Shown here: positions 56,240-64,000 of the stretch, one piece after another
How the letters are laid out: every line of letters begins with the position of its first letter
Numbering within the stretch: position 1 is the stretch's first letter
Origin: an uncultured Actinomycetota bacterium
GTDB taxonomy: Bacteria > Actinomycetota > Actinomycetes > Actinomycetales > Cellulomonadaceae
DNA: 64,000 nucleotides
Assembly (NCBI GenBank): GCA_963807045.1
Contig: CAWDZL010000002.1
Span: 1,664,118 to 1,728,117 of the forward strand
Direction: 5' to 3'
Position numbers and translations under genes: made by a program
Notes under the pieces: generated by a model
Told to the model about the DNA's origin: nothing
Databases searched by the model: none
Seen by the model: only the letters and a program-made list of their open reading frames with translations

Positions 56240-58847
56240 TCAGAGCCGCGGGTCGACGGCCTCGGACTCCAGTGCCAGCACCGCGAACACGGCCTCGTGG
56301 ACGCGCCACAGTGGCTCGCCCGCGCAGAGCCGCGTGAGCGCCTCCAGCCCGAGCGCGTACTCCCGCAGCGCGAGGCTGCGCTTGCGCCCGAGGTGCCGCG
56401 CCCTCAGCCGTGTCAGGTGCTCCGGCTCGGTGTAGTCGGGGCCGTAGATGATCCGGAGGTACTCCCGCCCGCGCACCTTGATGCCCGGCTGCACGAGGCC
56501 GCGGCGTCCCCGGACCTCGTTGGCGAGCGGCTTGACCACCATGCCCTCGCCGCCCGCACCGGTGAGCTCGGTCCACCAGGCGACGCCGGCGGCCCAGGAC
56601 GCCTCGTCCGAAAGGTCGACGACCGCCCGCCGCGTCGCGGCGAGGATCCCGGACCGGTCGGCGTCGACCAGGGCGTCCGCGACGCCGAGGTGCCACAGGT
56701 GGTCGCGCTTCTCGAACGTCCCGGCGTCGGTGGCGAGCAGCTGGAACGGGGCCAGCCGCACGCCGTCGAGCCCGTCGGTGGGCCACACGTAGCGGCGGTA
56801 CGCGGCGCAGAACGCCTCCGCGTTCGCGCCCCGGGCCTGCGTCCGCGCCAGCAGCTCGTCGACCGGCAGCCCGGCCGCCGCCGCCGATTCCAGCGCGGCG
56901 GTCGCGGGCGGCAGCGCGGTGCGGGCTGCGGCGCCGACGGCGGCGTACTGGGAGCGCAGGAGGTCCTCCGCCTTCACCGACCACGGCATGCAGCTCGCAG
57001 TCCAGGAGCAGCCAGTCGGCGGGTGCGCCGTCGCGGCCGACCTGCCCCCACAGCCCGGCCTCCCGCGCGGACGTCCGGACGACGTCGAGCAGCCGCTCGG
57101 TCCGCACGTCGTCGAAGAACGGCCGCCCGGTGCGGGTGTGGACGACGCCGGACGTCCCGGCGGGCATGCCGAAGCGGGCCGCGGCGACGTCGGCGTCGCG
57201 GCACACGAGCGCCACGGCGCGCGACCCCATGTGCTTCTCCTCGCACACGACGCGGTCGACGCCGTCGTCCCGGAAGGCGCGGAAGGCCTGGTCGGGGTGC
57301 TCGAGGAGCTCGCCGTCGGCGGCCGTGGCGCACGGGCTCATGGTGGGCGGCAGGTAGATGAGCCAGCGCGGGTCGACCGCGAACCGGCTCATCACCTCCA
57401 GCGCACCGGCGGCGTTCTCCTCCGCGATCGTCACGCGCCCGTGGCGGCTGGTCTCGACGACCCGCTTGCCCAGGACGTCGGTGACGTCCAGCACGTCGGG
57501 GTCGCGTCGGGCCGCGCCGGCCGCGCCGGAAGCGCCCGCTGCGCCGTCGTCGGCAGCGTCGTCCCCGGTGGGGAACGGCCGCGCCGGCTCGTACCAGACG
57601 CGCTCGGCCGGGACCTGCACGACCTCCTTCTCGGGGTACCGCAGGGCGGTGAGGTGCCCGCCGAAGACGCACCCGGTGTCCAGGCACATCGTGCCGTTGA
57701 CCCAGGTGGGGACGGGCGTGGGCGTGTGGCCGTAGAGGACCGTCGCGCGACCGCGGTAGTCGTCGGCCCACGGCAGGCGCACGGGCAGGCCGAACTCGTC
57801 GGTCTCGCCGGTGGTGTCGCCGTACAGCGCGAACGACCGGACGCGCCCCGAGGCCCGGTTGTGGAACGCCTCCTTCAGGCCGGCGTGCGCGACGACGAGG
57901 TTGCCGTCGTCGAGGACGAGGTGCGCGACGAGGCCGTCGCAGAACGTGCGCACCTCGGTCCGGAACTCCGCCGGCTCGTCCGCGAGCTGGGCGAGCGTCG
58001 TCTCGAGGCCGTGCGACACCTGGACCTGGCGCCCGTCGAGCGCGCGCACCAGCTTGTTCTCGTGGTTGCCGGGCACGGCGAGCGCGTGACCCGCCGCGAC
58101 CATGCCCATGACCAGGCGCAGGACGCCGGCGCTGTCCGGCCCGCGGTCCACGAGGTCGCCGACGAACACCGCCCGCCGCCCGTCCGGGTGCGCGGCGTCC
58201 ATGGGCCGGCCCTCGGCGTCGCGCACGATCGCGTATCCGAGCGCGCCGAGCAGCGCCTCCAGCTCGGAGCGGCACCCGTGCACGTCGCCGACGACGTCGA
58301 ACGGCCCGTGGTCGGCGCGCCGGTCGCTGCGGAGCGGGGCGCGTTCGATCACCGCGGCGTCGACCTCCTCGGTGCCCGAGAGCACGTGGACGGTGCGGAA
58401 GCCCTCGCGGCCGAGGCTGCGCAGCGAGCGCCGCAGCTGCTCGCGCTGACGCCGGACGACGTGCGTGGCGAGCTGCCGGTCCGGTCGCCCGGAGTTGCGG
58501 TCCAGGCAGACCTGCTCCGGCACGTCGAGCACGATCGCGACCGGCAGGACGTCGTGGGCCCGGGCCAGCTCGACGAGACTCTGCCGCGCGGACTTCTGCA
58601 CGTTCGTGGCGTCGACGACGGTCAGCAGCCCGGCGTCGAGGCGCTTCCCGGCGATGTGGTGCAGGACGTCGAACGCCGCGGTCGTGGCCTCCTGCGAGTT
58701 CACGTCGTTGGAGACGAGGCCGCGGCAGAAGTCCGACGAGAGCGTTTCGAAGGGACCGAAGTGGCGGGCGGCGAACGTCGACTTGCCGGAGCCGGACGCC
58801 CCGACGAGGACGACGAGCGACAGGGCGGGGACGGTGAAGGTGCTCAT
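56240..58847 (-). CDS. pnkp: bacterial polynucleotide kinase-phosphatase Pnkp (kinase, metallophosphatase and ligase-like domains); apparent frameshift near 56985-56995
   Basis: P-loop LVGASGSGKST. Calcineurin-like phosphatase motifs (GDVHG, GDLVDRG, GNHE). The C-terminal adenylyltransferase-like domain continues in track ORF 56240..56989 (MPWSVKAEDLL...GMVVKP). GAAGGAGG RBS. The ATG overlaps the hen1 stop. Confidence 0.8.
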
Positions 58848-60358
58848 CGGGCGCCTCCTTCGTCGGTCGTCGTGGGCGTCGTGCGGGTCGTGCTGGCCGC
58901 GCCGGCCGCGCCGGCCGTGCGGCGGAAGACCGCCATCTGCGTCGGCGGCCCGACGTCGGGGTCCTCCGGCCCTACCGGGAGCAGCTCGACGTCGTACTCG
59001 TGGCGGTGCGCGGCCGCCTCGGCCCAGGTGCGGAACTCGGCGCGTGTCCACTCGAAGCGGTGGTCGTGGTGGCGCATCGTGCCGGCGTCGAGCGTGGGGT
59101 AGCGGACGTTGTGCTCGGCGTTCGGCGTGGTGACGATCAGGGTGGCCGGTGCCGCGCCGCCCAGGACGGCTCGCTCGAGCGCGGCGAGGCGCGGCGGGTC
59201 GACGTGCTCGATGACCTCCATGAGCACAGCTGCGTCGAACCCGGCGACGCGCGCGTCGGTGTACGTGACGGAGGACTGGGCAAGCTCGATGCGCTGCCGC
59301 AGGCGGTCGGGGAGCGTGTCGAGGTGCAGGCGGCGGGCCGCGGCGGACAGGGCCCGGGCCGAGACGTCGACGCCGAGGAGCCGCTCGTACCGCGCGTCCG
59401 CGAGGAGCTCGCTGAGCAGGGTTCCCTCGCCGCAGCCGAGGTCGACGACGCTGCGCGCCCCGGCGTCGTGCAGCTGGGCGGTGACCGCGTCGAGACGCTG
59501 GCGTGCCAGGGCGACGGGCGCCGCCGTCGGCGTCTCGGTGGGCGTCTCGGCGCTCGCGGCCGCGTCCTCGGCCTCGGGGTCGACGGCGTCGTCCAGGGTC
59601 TCCGGGCGGGCGTCGTCGACCTCGGCGAGGCGCGCGACGGCGGACGCGGCGAGGCTGTGCCGGTTGGCGAGGTAGCGGCGGGCGATCTCGTCACGTGCGG
59701 GGTGGCCGGCGAGCCAGCCCTCGCCGGCGCGGACCAGCTTCTCGACCTCGTCGGAGCCGACCCAGTAGTGCTTGGCGGCGTCGAGGGTGGGCAGCAGGAC
59801 GTACAGGTGGCTGAGTGCGTCGGCGACCGTCTGCGCGCCCGTGAGGCGCAGGTCGACGTAGCGGGAGTCGCCCCAGGCGGGGATGGTCGGGTCGAGCGCG
59901 ACCGGGCGCGCGTCGACCTCCCACCCGAGTGGCGCGAAGAGCCGGACGGCGGCGTCGGCCCCACCGCGGCAGGGCACCGCGGGGACGTGGACGGTCAGGT
60001 CCCAGCGGCGTGCGGGCAGGTCGGGGCGGGCGTCGCACCGGCCGGACGCGGCGGTCCGGAAGACCTTGCCGAGCGCGACGGCGAGCATCGAGGAGGCCGC
60101 GTAGGGGCGGTCGTTGACGTACTGCGCCAGGCTGAAGGCGACGTCGCGTGGGGCGCTCCGGCCCTTCTGGCGCACCAGACCGACGGGGTCGACCTCGAGG
60201 AGCAGCGCAACGGTGCAGCGCTCTGCGGTCGCCTCCGGGTAGAACACGTGCGCGACGCCGAACGACTGCTCGAACGCCTGCACGCGGCCGGGGTGCTTGT
60301 GCAGGAGGTAGCCGAGGTCGGTGGCGTCAGGGCCGGTGGCGGTCAGAGTCAGGAACAC
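58844..60358 (-). CDS. hen1: bacterial Hen1 3'-terminal RNA ribose 2'-O-methyltransferase
   Basis: C-terminal SAM-MTase motifs (VVDLGCGEG, FDAAVLMEVIEH) and a Hen1-type N-terminal domain. Translationally coupled to pnkp. Confidence 0.85.
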   Translation of the reverse strand: MFLTLTATGPDATDLGYLLHKHPGRVQAFEQSFGVAHVFYPEATAERCTVALLLEVDPVGLVRQKGRSAPRDVAFSLAQYVNDRPYAASSMLAVALGKVFRTAASGRCDARPDLPARRWDLTVHVPAVPCRGGADAAVRLFAPLGWEVDARPVALDPTIPAWGDSRYVDLRLTGAQTVADALSHLYVLLPTLDAAKHYWVGSDEVEKLVRAGEGWLAGHPARDEIARRYLANRHSLAASAVARLAEVDDARPETLDDAVDPEAEDAAASAETPTETPTAAPVALARQRLDAVTAQLHDAGARSVVDLGCGEGTLLSELLADARYERLLGVDVSARALSAAARRLHLDTLPDRLRQRIELAQSSVTYTDARVAGFDAAVLMEVIEHVDPPRLAALERAVLGGAAPATLIVTTPNAEHNVRYPTLDAGTMRHHDHRFEWTRAEFRTWAEAAAHRHEYDVELLPVGPEDPDVGPPTQMAVFRRTAGAAGAASTTRTTPTTTDEGGAR

Positions 60359-60429
60359 CGGGGGATCGTCGCACGGGGTGGGTGGTCAAGTCCGGGGGTT
60401 TGTCGCCACCGGCCCGGAGGTGGCGCGAC

Positions 60430-61077
60430 CTACGCGCTCGCCGTGATGTTGATGATCAGCGCGATGATCACGGTGCCGAACAGGTACGACAGCAGGGCGT
60501 GCCGCAACGCGTGGCGCCGCATCCGCCACGAGGCGAGGTCGGTGTCGGAGATCGCGAAGCTCATCCCGACGGTGAACGCGACGTACGCGAAGTCGCTGTA
60601 GCGGGGCGGCGCGTCCTGGTGGAAGTCGATGCCGCCGGCCTCGTCGAAGTACAGGCGCGCGTACCGCAGGGCATACGCCGTGTGGATCGCCGCCCACGAC
60701 GTCAGCACGGCGGCGAGCGTCGCGCTCATCGCCAGGACGTCGTGCGAGGACCCGCCGAACAGCACACCGGCCACCCCGCCGAGGCTGAGCAGGGCGGCGG
60801 CCACCAGCACGACTTCGGAGCCGGGGCGGGTGGGCTCCTCGCGGGTGGCGTGCGCGAGGGTCTCCTCGGCGTCCATCGTGCCGATCGCGGCCCACGTCCA
60901 CCCGACGAACACCAGCGCGGTGCACGCCCACCCCGCGAGCAGGGCGGACAGGTACGACGGCCACACGACCGCCAGCGCGACCACCAGCCCGACGGCGGCC
61001 CCGCACCCGAGCCGAACAAGGGGCGCGACATCGAGCAGACGGTCCGAGCGGGCGAGGCGGGCCATGCCCTCAGTCAA
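60430..61077 (-). CDS. DUF1345-like membrane protein
   Basis: Four TM helices. Protein-like composition. Confidence 0.55.
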   Translation of the reverse strand: MTEGMARLARSDRLLDVAPLVRLGCGAAVGLVVALAVVWPSYLSALLAGWACTALVFVGWTWAAIGTMDAEETLAHATREEPTRPGSEVVLVAAALLSLGGVAGVLFGGSSHDVLAMSATLAAVLTSWAAIHTAYALRYARLYFDEAGGIDFHQDAPPRYSDFAYVAFTVGMSFAISDTDLASWRMRRHALRHALLSYLFGTVIIALIINITASA

Positions 61078-61928
61078 CTCCCGACGGCGACCGGCCGTGC
61101 CGGGTCGCGTACCCAGTGCGACCAGGAGCCCGGGTACAGGGCGATCGACAGCCCGGCATCGTGACCGGCGAGGATGAGCTGGCTGGCCGTCACGCCCGAC
61201 CCGCAGTAGGCGGTGACGGCCGGGGCGTCGTCGTCGGGCTTGGCGTGGCTGCCGACGAGGAGCCGGCGCACCTGGTCAGGCGGCAGGTAGTGCCCGTCGG
61301 GGCCCTGGAGCGACGTCGTCGGGCAGCTCAGGGCGCCGGGGATGTGCCCGGCCACCGGGTCCACCGGCTCGATCTCGCCGCGGAAGCGCTCGGCCGCTCG
61401 GGCGTCCAGCAGCCGGCCGACCTGCCCGGCAAGCACCTGCTCGACGTCGACCACCGGCATCGACCCCTCCCGCACGACGACGTCGTCCGTCGCCGCCGGG
61501 GGCACGTCGCCCGCCTCGACCGGACCGCCGACCGCGACCCAGGCGGCGAGACCGCCGTCGAGCACGCGGGTGTTCTCGTGCCCCACCCAGCGCAGGCACC
61601 ACCAGGCGCGCGCCGCGGCACCGCCGGCCCCGCCGTCGTACACGACGACGGCGCGACCGGGCGAGATCCCGAGCCGGCGCATCATCGCGGCGAGCTGCTC
61701 CGGCGTCGGGAGCGGGTGCCGCCCGCCGTCGCCGGGCGGCGCGGCGAGCTCGGTGTCGAGGTCGCAGAAGACCGCGCCGGGCAGGTGTCCCGCGGCGTAG
61801 GCGACGCGGTCGGCCCCGGCCAGGGCCCACCGGACGTCGATCAGCAGCGGGCGGGATGCGTCCGGGCTGGCGGTGAGCAGGGCGAGCAGCTCGTCGGGCT
61901 GGATCAAGGCGCGTGGCGATGCGGGCAC
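61074..61928 (-). CDS. thiosulfate/3-mercaptopyruvate sulfurtransferase (tandem rhodanese)
   Basis: Two rhodanese domains with active-site CGSGVTA. GTG 61928 was chosen as start. Confidence 0.75.
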   Translation of the reverse strand: MPASPRALIQPDELLALLTASPDASRPLLIDVRWALAGADRVAYAAGHLPGAVFCDLDTELAAPPGDGGRHPLPTPEQLAAMMRRLGISPGRAVVVYDGGAGGAAARAWWCLRWVGHENTRVLDGGLAAWVAVGGPVEAGDVPPAATDDVVVREGSMPVVDVEQVLAGQVGRLLDARAAERFRGEIEPVDPVAGHIPGALSCPTTSLQGPDGHYLPPDQVRRLLVGSHAKPDDDAPAVTAYCGSGVTASQLILAGHDAGLSIALYPGSWSHWVRDPARPVAVGS

Positions 61929-62065
61929 GCCCCCACTCTGCTGCACCGGGCGCCCGCTGTGGGCGGACGACGACGTCGCCCGGGCCTGCACCTGCTCTCG
62001 TGCCACCCGAACGCGGTCATGACGAAGGGCCCGCCACCCACGTCACCGCAGGTCACGGGCCCTTC

Positions 62066-62110
62066 TTGCGCGGAGGATGGGGGATTCGAACCCCCGAGGG
62101 CTTTCACCCA
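62066..62110 (-). other. tRNA 3' fragment (T-arm GGGGGTTCGAATCCCCC plus acceptor 3' strand), not a complete tRNA; candidate att site remnant
   Basis: The T-loop/T-stem and 7-nt acceptor strand read perfectly. No complementary 5' acceptor strand or D/anticodon arms were found within 100 nt. Confidence 0.55.
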
Positions 62111-62272
62111 ACACGCTTTCCAAGTGGCCTGGCGGGGTGGTGGGTGGGTGCGGGTGGACGTGTTTGGGCTGGTCAGGACGCTGCGCGGACGGTGGCGGAC
62201 TGGCGCGGCGGGTTTGGTCTGGAGACAGACTGCTACCAAGACTGCTACCGGCACGGACTCGCGACTCTGGGC

Positions 62273-63991
62273 TCAGGCGCCGTGCCAGCCGAGCTTCCCA
62301 AGTGCCGTGTCTGGGTCGATGAAGCCCCAGTCGAGTGCGGCCTTGCGTAGGGCTTCAAGGACGACGGAGCGCTCGGCGCCCTGTGTGAGCCAGCTTCGCT
62401 CCCACGCGGAGGACGCAGCCTGCAGTGGCATGTCTCTCCCGGCCCCGAGCGCGGTGAGGTCGAGTAACTCGCGGAGGTCGGCTGTGCCTGCCGGCCTCGC
62501 CTCCATGTGTAGCTCAGCCGAGACGATTCGGTCTTCGCCCCGCGCGATGGCTCGGACGGCCGGCGAAGTTGTTGCTAGAGCAGCACGGAGGAGCGCCACC
62601 CAGCAGTCCACGACGTCCGACAGCGGGAGGGGTGCCTTGACCTCTAGAACCCGGTCCGCGAGGACGTACAGTCCTGGCGTCATCGTCCCCATCGAGACGA
62701 CAAGGCGCTCCTCGTCGCCCCGAGTAAAGACGGCGTTCCCGCTCGACTGCCACTCTGATCCAGGCTGCTGCCAGGCGCCACCTCCATCTGAGGCGAGCGC
62801 AGCCGACAGCAGCTTCCTATGCCGGGGTTCGATCTGGACTAGAAGGTGACCCGGCAAGCTCCTGATGATCGCCGCTCGGATGACGAGAGTGCAGCGGGCG
62901 CCGTCACTCCTGGTTGGGTCGGCGTACGTGCCGGGGCGAAGAGTCGGAACAAGGGGGAGAGGATGCGTTGAGCCCATCGCCTCGGGAGTCCGCTGCTTTG
63001 GCGCGGGGTCATGAAGAAGACGACCCGCTAGGAGGGCGTGCACTTGCGCGGCAATGACGGGGACGCTGTCGTCGTCCCGGCGCGCCACGATTGAGAAGAA
63101 GGACCCCTCGATGCGGTTCGCTGCTAGCGCGCCGTGGACCAGGAAGGGCCGAAGGACCGGATCCTGCCTCGGCACGTGGACAGCGATGACACCACCGTCC
63201 GTGCCGATGACGGGGTGGAAGGCGACGCGGAGGCCCGGCACTGGCGGATAGACACGGGCATCGAGGAGATGACGGAGTCTCCGGGTCTCAGCTCTCGAAC
63301 TTGGAATCGGGGCCACCGAGGTGACGATCTCGCCCCGCGGGCCGGTCTTCGTCCGGTAGCCGAGCAGCAGCAAGCCTCCCTGCCCATTCGCCAGTCGGGC
63401 CACGTCCTGGGCAGCTTCGATCGCCTGCCCTGCCTCGGACAACCGGTAGGGGGCCGACTTGACCTCGAGCCAGTCGCTCTCCCGTTGACCAGCCAGCAGG
63501 TCCCCTCTTCCTGCTGCGACGAGAGCCAGGGCGCTCTCGGTGTCGAGCGGCCCGGCCTGCAGCAACGCGGAGAGCCCGTCACCTGCAAGGACGAACTGGC
63601 TGATAGTGGCCGCTGAGCGTGGCCGGAGTTGCGCGCGGATCTCCACCCAGTCGGCGCGACTTGTGGCCCGCCCGAGGTCGACCTCGGGGTAGCGAAATGC
63701 AGGTGAGAGCTGCCTTGAAGCAATCGTGCCGATCTCGGTATCGGTTAGTTGTGCATCACGCCGCGCGGTAGTCCGGACGACGACGGAGATGCTCCGGCCG
63801 ACGACCATCGAGGTCAGTTGGGTTGGGGCGAGCTCCTCCTCCCGCGCTTCTGCGAGCTTCCCGGAACTCCTCGCCGGGGATTGTGGTGAAGTAGACCTCG
63901 AACTCGTCGTCCCTTGAGCCACCCAGCCTCGCGTTGGCGCGCCTGAGAACGGCGGCGACGTCGCGCACGCGCTCGTCTCGGATCCAGTCAA
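62273..63991 (-). CDS. AlbA_2 (Schlafen-like putative DNA-binding) domain protein, large uncharacterized C-terminal region
   Basis: SDWLEVKS...LANGQGGLLLLG matches the AlbA_2 core pattern. GC is lower than the flanking chromosome. Confidence 0.55.
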   Translation of the reverse strand: MTGSETSACATSPPFSGAPTRGWVAQGTTSSRSTSPQSPARSSGKLAEAREEELAPTQLTSMVVGRSISVVVRTTARRDAQLTDTEIGTIASRQLSPAFRYPEVDLGRATSRADWVEIRAQLRPRSAATISQFVLAGDGLSALLQAGPLDTESALALVAAGRGDLLAGQRESDWLEVKSAPYRLSEAGQAIEAAQDVARLANGQGGLLLLGYRTKTGPRGEIVTSVAPIPSSRAETRRLRHLLDARVYPPVPGLRVAFHPVIGTDGGVIAVHVPRQDPVLRPFLVHGALAANRIEGSFFSIVARRDDDSVPVIAAQVHALLAGRLLHDPAPKQRTPEAMGSTHPLPLVPTLRPGTYADPTRSDGARCTLVIRAAIIRSLPGHLLVQIEPRHRKLLSAALASDGGGAWQQPGSEWQSSGNAVFTRGDEERLVVSMGTMTPGLYVLADRVLEVKAPLPLSDVVDCWVALLRAALATTSPAVRAIARGEDRIVSAELHMEARPAGTADLRELLDLTALGAGRDMPLQAASSAWERSWLTQGAERSVVLEALRKAALDWGFIDPDTALGKLGWHGA

Positions 63992-64000
63992 CGGGGAGGG

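Noticed and set aside
56919-59102. 727-aa plus-strand ORF, plus minus-strand 56974..58275
   Set aside because: These are antisense or alternate frames of the pnkp gene. They have R/G/A-rich composition and no motifs.
62066-62150. Complete tRNA gene
   Set aside because: Only the T-arm and 3' acceptor strand are present. No complementary 5' acceptor strand, D-arm or anticodon arm could be built within the expected 75-90 nt.
1-64000. rRNA genes, complete tRNAs, transposases, integrases, phage structural genes
   Set aside because: None were recognisable by motif inspection anywhere in the window.

Overview
This is a very high-GC (about 72-74%) actinobacterial chromosomal segment carrying roughly 75 protein-coding genes. 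The gene content (a GH64 beta-1,3-glucanase with a ricin-B/CBM13 domain, F420 cofactor genes, Hen1-Pnkp) points to a Micrococcales-type genome. That taxonomic placement is inference. Starts were refined from the six-frame track using N-terminal family signatures, RBS-like purine runs and 4-bp ATGA/GTGA start-stop overlaps. Internal coordinates may be off by 1 nt.

Core content:
- Transporters: CDF, NCS2 uracil permease, MMPL, EamA, and three ABC systems.
- F420 genes: cofC and cofD, two LLM-class oxidoreductases, and an F420 reductase.
- A complete agmatine deiminase operon (aguR-like TetR, antiporter, aguA, ptcA, arcC).
- An ECF sigma/anti-sigma pair directly upstream of two translationally coupled ABC exporter pairs.
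- An NrtR regulator divergent from an SPFH plus NAD-kinase-like gene pair.
- A Hen1-Pnkp RNA-repair cassette.
- Many small regulators (TetR x4, MarR).

Structure that is not protein-coding:
- A family of at least five long nested palindromic elements between 30.9 and 39.9 kb. Each has a C-rich arm, a 30-40 bp perfect hairpin, then a G-rich arm. Two copies differ by compensatory substitutions that preserve the stem. Three of the G-rich arms supply the C-terminal codons of the adjacent gene.
- A 15-bp tandem repeat at 12.1 kb.
- Two copies of a 52-bp hairpin-containing direct repeat flanking a lipoprotein gene.
- A CsoR-type palindrome upstream of a His-tailed thioredoxin.
- Operator-like repeats upstream of the agmatine operon.
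- A tRNA 3' fragment (T-arm plus acceptor) at 62.07 kb, coinciding with a drop in GC and an AlbA_2/Schlafen-like gene. This suggests an integrated-island boundary.

At least five otherwise conserved genes (the GH64-CBM13, Pnkp, the YhbS-like GNAT, the TetR, and a lipoprotein) show single-base frameshifts or a missing in-frame stop. These need read-level verification before calling pseudogenes.

No rRNA, complete tRNA, CRISPR array or transposase was found.
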